DNA of 63,153 bases, the filler included, from Hyphochytrium catenoides (taxonomy: Eukaryota; Protista; Hyphochytriomycota): NCBI GenBank assembly GCA_900088475.1. It is 12 parts of 12 records of this genome, joined end to end, with 100 filler letters (N's around TTAATTAATTAA, not from the genome) between each part and the next. Parts side by side here need not be neighbours in the genome. Positions count along the whole stretch, not along the records: positions 43,173 to 56,058 come from FLMG01003882.1; positions 56,159 to 57,437 come from FLMG01000202.1; positions 57,538 to 60,074 come from FLMG01000324.1; positions 60,175 to 61,458 come from FLMG01000248.1; 8 more parts are not named here. One strand, given 5' to 3'. The notes beneath the pieces were generated by a model. It did not search any database. It saw only the letters and a program-made list of their open reading frames with translations, and was not told where the DNA came from. Numbering within the stretch: position 1 is the stretch's first letter; every line of letters starts with the position of its first letter. Shown one piece after another: positions 49,961 to 61,558 of this stretch. The translations under genes were made by a program, and so were the position numbers.

Positions 49961-52146
49961 CGAGAGAGAGAGAGAGAGAGAAGCGAGAGAGAGAAAGAGA
50001 GAGAGAAGAAGTAATGAGAGTAAGAAGAGAGAGAGACAAAGAATAGGGGAGACAAAGTCAACTATACACTAAGCTGCCCCGTCTGTACAGCCCTTCATAG
50101 TGTCACCACTCGAGATATCTATCTCGGGCTACTTTTTGGGAAAGATGGCGGCCGACGTGCTTTCTGTCTCGTTTGGTCAGAAGCCCTGCAGATCAATTCG
50201 CGTGCACTCAGCTGAGCACGTCACCTGCCTCGTCTTTCGCTCTGACCTGCCTGGAGAGGTTTCCAACTCCTCTATAGTCTATCAAACAGTGGCGGGCACA
50301 GCGAAAGGTGCTGGAAGTGCCTAACTCTCCGTCAGCTTGTGCTGGCCAGTGGGGTTGTCTGCTTGGCCTAACTTGTCTTAGACTGCATGCTCATCTAAAG
50401 CTTTTGGCGTTATCTCGTAGTTTTGGATTCGCTCTCGCCACCCTCTTTCTGGTTCCTGCCATTCCCGACGACTTTACGGGCCCCACTTGTAGAGTTCCTC
50501 ACGTTCTGTTCGTGTCAGGAACCTCTTTCCAGCCTGAGGTGAGAGTAGCGGCCGGGTACACAAGCCCGACAGTAGCTAAGGTTGTGGCCAAGGCCCTCCC
50601 CTTTCAGCCGTACAGCCTGCACGCATTGCGTGCCGCTGATGGCTCAGACTGGCTCTACTTTGCCAACCGGGGAACAAGTCAGCTCGGCCGCATAAGACTG
50701 GACCTGGACGTAATGGAGGTTGTGCTCGGTCCTGTACGTAGCCATAAGATAGACTGTACCAGCCCTCTGTTCCCTATAGGTGATAATCTCACTCTTGGTA
50801 GAGGTTCCATCGCCTTACTTCCCGTTTCTAATGTCAAAAGAAGTACCAAGGCGTTCCCGGTGCCTTTCCTTCTTTTGGTTGTCCCTGCTTAGGCTATTTC
50901 TCCGACCTGATCTAAGGCTCCTTCCTCTCCTTGCCCTATAGTTTTAGTACATCGCCTTCCTACAGAGCTGACACTACTGGTGCTCCTATCAATGCGTAGG
51001 TCGCAGAAGTATGGGGCCTCACCTCAGACAACCAGTTCCTGTACTACTCAGAGAGTGGTCGGGGTACGGTTTCACGTCTCAGGCTAGAGGAGATAAGAGG
51101 CAAGCCTGAGATCATAGTTCAAGGCCTGCAGTATCCCCGAGGCATTGCAATCAGCCAACGCAAAGTATGTACATAAAAAAAGATGGCACTGTTAACTGAA
51201 GAGGATAGAGGAGAAGAACCGTAACACCGAGAAAATATATTCTTTCGACTCTTATCTCAGCTTCTTTCCTACCTTACGCTTTGCAGAAAGAGTTGTACGT
51301 GGCGGAGAAGATGGGAAGACTTAGCCATTTTGGCCTTTCCAAGGCAGCTGCAGCGCTTCCTCTTGCAGCATCCAGTTCCAGCACCATTGCCCGTCTTCAG
51401 AGCCGTTCTAGACTCCAAGGCATTGCTCTTAACGGTAATGAGAGGCAAGTATGGCGAAGAAGATATCCTCTTAAACCTGAGAAAGTGCTCAAGACGAAGT
51501 GGGGAGGAGGGATTAGAGGCCTGGACGAGGCTATTTGAGGATTGAGAGAGTTGCCTACGGGATGGTCAAGGAGGCAGCCTAGGGAGCAAACAACCCGATG
51601 GGGGGAGACAGTCCTAGGACATAGCATTCGATCAAGCACTTCGTTCCATGAAAGATGTGGAACTTCAGCTGTGTGCGAACCTAGTAACCTAGTCCTCACG
51701 TCTCTTTTCTTCATAGTCTACTCTTCTGGATGGATGCGAACTCGGCTAATCTGCGAGCCCTCTCACTCCAAAGCCTGACGGAGGTGGATCTTACTCCTCT
51801 TCCTACTTTCTTAAGGTGCGAACAAGGCGAAGAGCATCTTCTCGCCCATTGTGACTTTGCCCGTGCTACTTTAGTTCTTCTCTTCTTCTGAATTCCTCCT
51901 TTCTTTGTCATGTTGCTCATTAGGTGGCCAAGGAACGTCTTACTCGTCTCAGGGGCAGAGGAAAGCTATCTGCTGGTCACAGAATATTTGGGAAGAGTCC
52001 TCAAGTTCGCGGGCACCGGTACAGAAGAGGGAGAGATTCTATTAGACGCCCGCCAAGGCGCTGGGACCCAGCAGATTCTCAGCACATTGGAGCATCACGA
52101 GGCAGATCCCCATCGGCCTCAGCCTTTCTTTGAAATGGAGTTTTAA
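49230..52146 (+). CDS. Secreted protein with IPT/TIG domain and NHL-like beta-propeller repeats
   Basis: Signal-peptide-like exon 1 (MAALHIFIIIAAIFYVEAPEALAQ). ISISGYFLG..VSFGQKPC..VTC is IPT/TIG-like. Repeats PYSL..WLYFAN.G..LGRI, VWGL..FLYYSE.G.G.VSRL, LQYPRGIA..LYVAE and WPRNV..LLVTEYLGRVLKF. Ends TAA 52146; some exon edges approximate. Confidence 0.7.
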
Positions 52147-52533
52147 GGTCATTGGTGCCTCGTAAAGTAGATTGCAGGAACAGAAATCTGGCAGCGAGAC
52201 CGCCCGGCGGCGGTTCAGGACATTTTGATGGGGCTTCTTCTGATCACAGCTAGAGGAAGATGAAGCAGCTATGCGAAGAGAACCCAAACATCGTCAAAAC
52301 AGAAGCTTCTTCTTGACACATTTAGAGGCCAAGTATCTAAGAAGGCGGACAGCCTCGAGAGTCTAACGTGCTCCCAAAGCTGATGGGCAGCAGCAGCCTA
52401 AAGTCCAGAGCAAATAGGGAGAGTGTACAGCCAGCAACCCATTAACAGTAGCGTTATGAGCCTGGTGGAGAGGATAAGATGGCATCTGATACAGGCGAAC
52501 TAAGTAGTAGCATGTCTACTCTGTTAGTCTGGG

Positions 52534-53954
52534 CTAGTCGAATAACCCTTTAGGGAGCTTGGCTTCCTCTTCCAATAAGGCAATGTAATCCTCATAGTAG
52601 ATGTAGCCTGTCTTCTTATCGCAGGCCACGGCGAGGAAGGACTCGACCTCTCCGGAGTTGAATGCGTCCGGTCCGGTGGTCAGGAGCTGCTGCAACTTCG
52701 TCTGCGTCAGATAACCATCGCCATGTCGGTCCAAAGTCTATAAAGACAAGACAGAGGAGAAAGAGAGAGAGAGAGGGAGAGAGAAAGGATCACCTATAGA
52801 GACATGAAGAGGGAGTAGGAAGAAACGTGACAGGACCTACAGAGAAGAAGAGGAAGAGACATTGACGGGGTTGCGCTGCCTTTCTGGGGGACAAAGAGGC
52901 AAAGGATAATCATCTCTAGCCAACCTGAAATTTAGGGAGAGTCTATTGGAGGACTACGGAGCAAGAAGAAGGAAACGAAAGAGAGAGACAGAGAGAGAGA
53001 GGGCCGAAGGAAGGGAGGGAGAAGGAGAGAAAGAAGGAGAGAGTGAGAGTGGCGGGAAGGGACAGCTAGCTACAAATATAAAATCCGTTTTGCTCTTCCT
53101 CTCCTCTACTATCTCTCTACCTGGAAGGCTTTGTGTAGGATGAAGTCAGAGTCCCGCGGAAAGCGATTTGTCAGCAGTATGGGCCGCAAGACTTCAATAA
53201 CACGCTCCACCGGCGCTGTCACGCCTGCGTGGTCACGCTGCAGCTGAAGATAGAGAACGTAAGGTTCTTATCAACCTATGAGACAGAGAGAGATAAATAG
53301 GAGTGTGGCAGTGCGAACTCCGGAGGGCGACACAGAGACATCACGTGGAGATGAGAGGCAGAGAGAAAAGGAAGATATGGTTGGAGCAAGAAGGAAGAGA
53401 GAGATGAAAGAAGGGAAGATGAGTGGAGAAAGGCCCCGGTGCCGCGCACCTTGGAGATAATATGTTCCTTAATGTCACTCTCGCTAGGACACTGGCCCAA
53501 GTAGCGCACTATTGATGGCACATCGCTGGGAACACGTGGGAGGAAGTAGGAGAGGAGAGAAGCGCTTATGATGAGAGAGGTGAGAGGCGTAGGGTTCTCA
53601 AAGAGGAAGTGAAGTTTATGCCAAGCAAGAAGAGCAGTAGCGACTAACAGATGCAATGCGACGATGAGAAGGCTAAGAGAGAGAGAAGGATGTCATTAGG
53701 GAGCCAGAGACTGAAACATTGAGACTGAGGTTCCCTTTGCATAATATATCCCACCATCGGGAAGAGACAGAGAGAGTGAGTGTGAGAGAGAACACACTGA
53801 AGCGAGAAAGAATAGGTCAAGTTCCTCACTCAAAGGAGACCAGATTGCGGTTCTCTCTGTCGAAGATGGCACAGGCAGCTCTGATCTGCTTCTCATATCT
53901 CCTCTCCTGCTTTAGACGCAGATTCTTCTCCGCTAAACTCTCACGACGCGCCAT
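52534..53954 (-). CDS. EFCAB2: EF-hand protein EFCAB2 / dynein regulatory complex subunit 8, 4 exons
   Basis: Exons 53954-53830, 53525-53450, 53243-53121 and 52737-52534: IRAACAIFDRENRN..VPSIVRYLGQCPSESDI..LHKAFQTLDRHGDGYLT..AFNSGEVESFLAVACDKKTGYIYYEDY. Confidence 0.85.
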
Positions 53955-54649
53955 CTTCGCCACCGGTCAAGTCCGCGGCAGTGGGAGCACTGGCGTACTA
54001 TTTGCAAGGTCGGCAGGGAAAAGTGGAGGAAGATTAACGGAAGGAAGATGAGGAGAGACGTCGTCTTTTAGGTCATAACCTTCTTGCTGTCATTTAACCT
54101 TTCCTGGTATGGCTGTGGCATAGATGACAGGCAGAGGGCAGCTGTCTAAGCGGCCGAAGAGGTGATGAAGGGATCAGGAAGTCGAAGAAGTATAGCAAGA
54201 AGGGTAGGGGCGCCAGGCGCAGTCGTAGTGATTCCTACTTCCCAGAAAGCNNNNNNNNNNNNNNNNNNNNNNNNNNNNNNNNNNNNNNNNNNNNNNNNNN
54301 NNNNNNNNNNNNNNNNNNNNNNNNNNNNNNNNNNNNNNNNNNNNNNNNNNNNNNNNNNNNNNNNNNNNNNNNNNNNNNNNNNNNNNNNGAACGGGAGAGC
54401 GAAAGGAGGAGGTTGTTAAGAGGAGGGACAGAAAGGGGGAACTGAGTGCAACGTCCGTTTCAAAGCAATCATCGGTCTCCTTATTCTATATAATGACTAC
54501 TAGTTACCTTGAAAGATCTGATTCTAACATGAGGATTCTGCATCGGTACTTCTTGCCATCAGAACACCCGAAAGGACAGCACCTTCCCTCCGAGTTGGCA
54601 ATCTTAGCCCTCTCAGCCTCACTCTCTTTCCCTCTCTCCTCACACACAC

Positions 54650-54706
<57 letters not shown>

Positions 54707-55139
54707 CCTCTCTCTCCCTCTCTCCCTCTTTCTTCCTCCTTGCTAGCTAGCTAGTTATCTAGAAGGGATGAGCACTAACTTTCTCTCTCTCTTCTCACTC
54801 TTTCGGTTCTCTCTCTGCCTCTCTCTCATTCCCGATTACCTCTCGTCCCTAGAGGATCTCCCTCCCTCCATCTCTCTATCTTGCCATCTTACAGGCCTTA
54901 CTGGAGGCTTTTTCCTTGAACTGAAGGGCATGAGCCCTTAGCTACTCATCAAGCAAGCGGCAGTAGCAATGATGGAAGATAGCTAGAAGGACCACGAAGA
55001 GGCAGGGCAGCAGCACTACCATTGTCTCTCCATCTGCGGCACTGTGGAGATGGTGCAGATCCAACGCTCAGTCCAGCCATTGAGCGGTGCTAAAGGGAAA
55101 TAAGCAGAGAATCTCGTCTTGCTCAACTTGCCACCGAAC

Positions 55140-56058
55140 ATGCCGTCTCAAGATTCTCATGCTCCTTCCTTTCCCCTCTCTCCACTCGCTAAAGATGCAA
55201 CGAAGCAGCAGCCACGAAGTCCCGCAAAGCCTTCTCCAGGCTCTGAGCGGGCAAAGGCACTCCGACGCCGCATCCTTAACAGGAGGAAGGAAGAGGGAGA
55301 GGATGATGATGAGCGCCGCGGTCACAAGGTTGAGAAGACTGTACAGCGAGGGATCCCAGGCGCCAGGATGGTAGGAGGAGAGGCAGGAGGAGGAGGAGGA
55401 GAGGGAAGAGACCAGTCGACGATGAAGAGAGAGATGGAGAAGCCGTCGTGTGATGGAAGTGCAGAGAGGACGAAGAATGTTAAAGGCCACGAGGAGCAAC
55501 AGGGTGAGTAGAACAGATCAAGGTGTCTCTCTTTGTGTCTCTTCCTGTGGTTTCTCTCTCTCTATCTCTCTGTCTCTTGTGTCTCTCTCTCTCTTGCCTC
55601 TCTCTTGTCTCTCTCTCTCTCTTGCCTCTCTCTCGTCTCTCTCTTTCTCTCTCTCTTGTCTCTCTCTCTCTTTCTCTGTTTGTGTGTGTCTCTTTCCCTG
55701 TCTCTCTTGTCTCTCTGTCTCTCAATCTTTCTCTCTGTCTCTCTTTCTCTCTGTTTCTTTCTTTCTTCTCGCTTGCCCGCTCACTCTTCCTCGTGTCTCT
55801 CTGTGCGCTCCGAAACCCCTGGTCCATGGAACAAGCTACTCATCTCTGCTTGCTCTTCCATATCTATAACCTCACCTAGCAGTGTCCATCTCTTCCCCTT
55901 TCCTACCGCTTTCCTTTCTGTCTCTTCTTTATATCTGCCCTTCTCTGCTGACAACAATTGCCTTTCTAGTGCCCTTCGCCTCGCTCTCGGCCGCCGATGA
56001 GCAGGAACTGTACAGAAAGCAAGTGCAGCATCGAAGCTTTTTAGCGGGCGGAGACGCG
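55140..56058 (+). CDS. Unidentified spliced gene fragment with disordered N-terminus
   Basis: ORF from ATG 55140 to donor G|GTGAGT at 55503. A CT-rich intron with GCTGAC branch point ends at the 55969 acceptor, which continues in phase (VPFASLSAADEQELYRKQ..) to the contig end. Confidence 0.4.
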
Positions 56059-59000
56059 NNNNNNNNNNNNNNNNNNNNNNNNNNNNNNNNNNNNNNNNNN
56101 NNTTAATTAATTAANNNNNNNNNNNNNNNNNNNNNNNNNNNNNNNNNNNNNNNNNNNNAGAGAGAGAGAGAGAGAGACAGCAAGAGCGGCGAGCGAGCAT
56201 GATGAGGCAGAGGAGACTGACGTAATATTAAGCTGCTCTGGAGTTATAGAGGCTACAGGAGAAAGATGGCGGAGAGAGAAGAAGAGAGGCGATGCACAGA
56301 GATGATGATGCTTAGAAGAGGAAGATGAGCACCGAAGAAGCCAGCTTCTTATTAGGGTTCCCAAGACAGCTCTTCACATCCAAGCTCTCTCTCTCTCTTT
56401 CTCACTCTTCCTTTCTTTTTCTCTCTCGCTCTCGCTCGCTCTCGCTCTCTCTGCCTTTTCTTTCGGCGTCGCCCTTATCAAGATCTGCTTCTCCTGTCCT
56501 TTCTCCTCCTGTTCCGTTCTTGAAATTTCCTGCTCTTACGAGCGCGAGCCGGTCAGGTAGCCCCTGACAACAACTGAGCACCAGCCTCTTAGTGAGAGAC
56601 AGAAGATCTCTGTATTGATCTTATCAGCTGAACTCTGCTATAACTGTCAGTGGAAGGGGATAGGGAAGAGATAAGATCAGGGAAGACGGCAATGATAGGA
56701 TAAAGGGAAGAGAGAAAGAGAGGAGAAAGCGAAAGTGGCAGAGAGAAAAAGGGAATAGAGTAAGAGAACCGACAGACAAGTAAGAAGAGAGGAGATTGCT
56801 TCTGTCGACGACTTGGCGCCATAGGAGAGCTAAACATCGCACTGATTGGGCAGCTGAATGTTGCAAGAGAATGCAAGCAACAAGGAGAAGAGAGAAAACA
56901 AAAAAAGATGGGGAGACTTGCATATAAAGAGCACACAGGGACAGGAAAGACAGAAACAGAAAAAACCCAAGGGAGATGAGCATTTCCTTCAAATGTAATA
57001 GGCACGGAGGCAGCAGCAGATGGAACTAAGGCGATCCTTTCACATTTGTTATCCAGGCAACAGGCAGGTATGGGGCCAGGAAGAGCAGGGCAGCCGGCGA
57101 GAGGCTGTGGAAAGGATGAGCGGGCAGCAGGGCAGTGATCAACCGGGGACGGTATAGAGAAATGACGAAGCCTCTTTGTGTCATGGAGAAGCAGCCACAG
57201 GCACCAGAAAAGAACGTTGCCATAATAGGGCCTGCACCAGGGGAAGAGACAGGACAAAGAGAAGAGTAGGTATTAGGACAGCAGGTGAAGTGTTCACGAG
57301 AGAGAGAGAGACAAACAGACACAGGACAGACAGACCGACCGACCAAGGCAAGCGATCAAGAAAGGGAAGAAAGAGAGGGAGCAAAGTCCCAGGATGGGTA
57401 TGGACAGCGAAGAGAAGGAAGAAGAGAGAGAGAGAGANNNNNNNNNNNNNNNNNNNNNNNNNNNNNNNNNNNNNNNNNNNNTTAATTAATTAANNNNNNN
57501 NNNNNNNNNNNNNNNNNNNNNNNNNNNNNNNNNNNNNGCCAAAGTTTTCATGCCGCTGCCTAGGTCATCAAAGAAGGATGATTTCATAAAGAAGTCTCGG
57601 TTGGTAAGGAAGGTCCAGCCCCAGGTCTCGCCCTTAGATGCCTCTCTTTAGCCAATGGACTCGAACAAGCAGCTAGGGCTTCGTCTTAGTCTGGCGCGTT
57701 TGGGCGCTAGAGACAGACGAGTATAGGGGCGCTTGACACAGGGTTTGTTGAGCTGTTTGTTGACGTGGATTCACAATACCTTTTGAATAAATAATAGGTG
57801 GAGTTTTTGCTGGTGCCTTTTTGTCAGCGGCGTGTTGAAGCTACTGCTGACTGCTCCCCACAATTAGAATCTATGCTATAGTTCTAGTAGTTCTTACTTG
57901 GAATCAATGAAGGTTCAGGGATCTAAGAATTGAGTAGAGCCACAGCGACGGATCCATCTGAGACAGTGATAATACTGGGACCGGGTTATGTCACAAAAGC
58001 TATCGTCCATGTTTACTGAGAGAAGCATCCACGCCTATTGTCTATTCCTAATTCCCGGTACAGCTTCTGGTAGGTTCTTCTATAATACTTCTTGAAGTAT
58101 ACCGTCTTCATGATCGTCGAGTGCTCTATCATTTTGCTGTATCTCGAACTCTAATCAGGGCCAAACCATTTTGCTCAAAGGCTCAGCGGCCCTTTTTCCC
58201 CCGTCTCATCATAGGTCTACAGCAAACAGTCAAGGTCATAACAGAGCTATTGCTGTGCCACGCTGTTGCTGACATTATTGTTGTCTGGTCTGATAATAAA
58301 AGTTGTGTGCCGATCATGATGGATGTGGCATCTTTCTGCACTTATACTGTAGGATGCCCAGCAGGACAGCAGGATGCTCAGCAAGGTTGTTGTTGGTTTT
58401 GGTGGGGTGTCCTCGGAGACATTGACAAACAGGGTAGTGGAAGTACAGTTATCAGCGGGAGCGTCGTGCCGTACTGGAAGGGTCAAAGGACCAGTCAGAG
58501 TACCCTGGCCGGAATGGCTGCTTCTTCTGGTACACCAAAGACAGGGCGGCATTGGGCATCCTTCTTCTTCAGTCTGGTCACCGATCTTCCATAGTTCTAT
58601 GTATGCCACCAACGGCCGATCTCGACAATGGTGCTCTCTCTATCATCTGTCTCTCTTCTGCTCCTTCTGCTCTTCTTCTGACATTGCACGTAGGTTGACT
58701 AGCTAATAAAGTAATAAAATTGCACGGAAGGAGTCCTGACACTAGCCCACCTGAAATCTTGTTGTTAAAGATTGAGAGCTGCGATGACGTAGAAGATACT
58801 ATTTTATGAGCGCTGGACGTCGTCGTTATTGACCTTGAGGATTATAAACAAGCACGAGGAAGAAATGGTTGTCGTGACAATCGATGCGCTGTTGGCCGAG
58901 CGCGGTTGAGGCAGCTGCTGAGGTCCAACAGTACTGACCACACGGCGCCAGCTAGCCGGAAGCTAAGCGATCCTCCCTGGAATTCGCTCTATTTGCTCCA

Positions 59001-60174
59001 GCACCAGGAGAGCATCCTGCACTTACTATTACAGAGGGACTGCAGATATCTTTTCCACTGCCACTTCTTTTTGTCGTCACTGCAAGCTTTTCATATAGTT
59101 CTAGAGACCGCTTTGTCAGCAGAACCCAACCTACTTGTCTCATAACATCCTGACTTGATAATAAAGAACAGGATGAAGTGCTGCACCAAAACTCGGACCT
59201 CTCCCCTTGTATCCTAGCAGCAATAGCGCCGAGGAGTGGTCTTCTTATTTGAGAGTATTTCTTAATCCTAGGTTCAAGAAGAGACAAGCATATACTAATA
59301 TTCTAGTGCCAGACTCGCGCTACTATCTGGCTGAGTGATGATGGCAAGCGAAAGGAAGTATTCAATTCTGCGGGCAATTTGAGCGCGACAGCGCTGGATA
59401 GTAAGTAGTGTTTGTGGTTCTTTCTGCTTGTACCACAGATAAAGGAGGAAACCTACCTTACCATACTCAGCAACAAGCAGGTAGCTGGTCTTTCTTACAA
59501 AGTGATTGAAAACAATACTCTCACATTGTCCACTACAAGAGGTGAGGAAGAGGTGAGGCAGCAGGTGTCCCTGCTACGCATCTTCTAGCCCATGTCCGAC
59601 CTCTTCTCTCATAGACTTGGACACCCAGTGGTGCACCAGCTCCCATGAGCTCTCCCATGTCTAGCTGTGACACACAGCAGAAGACGATAGGACATGCTCC
59701 ACAACCAGCTTATTTCGAGGGTTATGATAACAGCGGGATGGAAGAACAGGAAGTAAACTTAGCAAAGGATAGCACAGGGACAGCACCAGCGAGTAGCAGT
59801 AGCAGCAGCGGCAGCAAGGAAGTCAGACCATCAACATTGGCTGTCTGCCTGTGTGGCGATGGAGGCAGCGATGATGGGTTCGACGTGTTCACCCACTCCG
59901 GACTAGGTCCTTCTATAGAGGTCACAGGGCCAGAGAATTTATACTTCCCTCTGGAGCTTGTCCTTTAGGTCCCTATAGACAAGTTGAGGTCTTTATACAT
60001 TAACTCCATCCTCGGCAGTAATAATACAAGAATGCTTGGGTTCTGACGATAAGCTCATACATTTACTGCTGACTNNNNNNNNNNNNNNNNNNNNNNNNNN
60101 NNNNNNNNNNNNNNNNNNTTAATTAATTAANNNNNNNNNNNNNNNNNNNNNNNNNNNNNNNNNNNNNNNNNNNN

Positions 60175-61000
60175 CGCCGAAGATATCCATGTCAGCTCTT
60201 CGACAACTCCCGCATACCATAGGGGCCTGAAGAAAAGGAAGACCAAGAAACGTCGAAGCATAGCCCGAAACAGAACAGAGGACTGAGCCTTGTGCGGCAG
60301 CGCCCCACAGGGAGAAGCGGTGAGGAAAGCCCCAGCATGAGGGAGAGAAACAGAAGGAGAACACGAGAAGCAGGAGAAGCAGGAGAAGGAAGAGAAAGAA
60401 GACGGAGGTAAGCGCGTTTCCAGAGACGGGAGCAGAAGTTATGCTGCAAGTCCTTGTCACCAGCAAGGTGGAGGAAGTTATGGCGCTCCTCCGACTGCTC
60501 CGGCAACCCCATGTCATCGTAGAGGGCTCGAAGAGAGCGCTCAACCGCCACGGGTGGGCTAGCAAGTTGATGGGAAGGCAGGCCTAAGAGGGCCGATACA
60601 AGTTCATACGAAAGAGCGAGAGAACTAAGGAAAGCAGGACGGGAAATAACAGACGCAGGAAGGAGACCCAGGCCGCCAAGCTTGATGGGAAGAGAAGCCT
60701 GCTCCCATGCAGAATCAGGAAAGGGAACTGAGGAGTCCCAACCCAGAAGACGACCTAAAAACTGTTTAGTCCTCAGGTCAAAATTTGTTTGATGCGGCCA
60801 GGCAAAGTTGCTGACCGTTAGAGGTCTTATTTGCCGAGAAGTCGCTGATCGTTACAACTCCCAGTCAGAGATTTCCAGATTGACAGAGACTCTGGATTGA
60901 TATTTAGAGCTTCAATAGTTTGAGATTTCTGACGAATAAAGACCTTGAACTCCGAATCTAGCGGGGCTTGCACGAAGGGAACTAAGCGCAAGCTTACATG
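60175..61000 (-). mobile_element. CRE-like non-LTR retrotransposon fragment (post-RT region and Cys-rich domain)
   Basis: Minus-strand motifs, with frameshifts: AWEQASLPIKLGGLGLLPAS..AFLSS, LQHN..L, PHAGAFLTA and FRAMLRRFLGLP..CGSC..MDIFG, characteristic of CRE-clade elements. Confidence 0.7.
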
Positions 61001-61146
61001 GTAGCTGAGCTGTAAGGTAGTGGAAACTGTGGAAGAGAGAGCGCATTCCACCGACGGAAAGACGCGGAGAGTCCCAACGGTCGCTTCCTCAAAAAGGCGC
61101 AAGAGAAGACACTTTTCGCTCTAAGGCGGGCTCAGAAGGAACAGTT

Positions 61147-61458
61147 ATGGCTACAAAAGGGACAGTGGAGTCTCATAAGAAGATGAAGGCCAAGCTGAAG
61201 GCGAAAAGGAAGGAATTTCAGGAGGTTGGTACCTCCAAGCAAGGGAAAGGGGAGGAGGAGTTCAAGGCGATGCAGGAGGAAAAGTTGAAGAAGAGATTGG
61301 CGGAGTTAGAAAAGAGAGAGGAACTTCTTCAAAACAGGGAAGTGAAGTTGAAGGGGAGAGAACGTGAGTTGGAACTTCTTCTTAGAGATCGATTGGAATT
61401 AGGGGAGCACGAAGAAACTGGTAACCGTTCTCAAATGTACCGCTCTCTGCCATCGGAT
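61147..61458 (+). CDS. Charged coiled-coil ORF, truncated, unknown function
   Basis: Open K/E-rich frame with heptad-like LKKRLAELEKREELL..; not microsatellite-derived. Confidence 0.3.
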
Positions 61459-61558
61459 NNNNNNNNNNNNNNNNNNNNNNNNNNNNNNNNNNNNNNNNNN
61501 NNTTAATTAATTAANNNNNNNNNNNNNNNNNNNNNNNNNNNNNNNNNNNNNNNNNNNN

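Noticed and set aside
54895-55139. In-frame TAG/TAG/TAA upstream of an ORF, suggesting stop-codon reassignment
   Set aside because: Three stops in about 80 codons is the random expectation. Intact genes here end in TGA, TAG and TAA and have no internal stops, so the code is standard.
56159-57437. Possible minus-strand membrane-protein exons
   Set aside because: Could not establish a consistent frame or any family motif; mostly pyrimidine-rich intron-like sequence.
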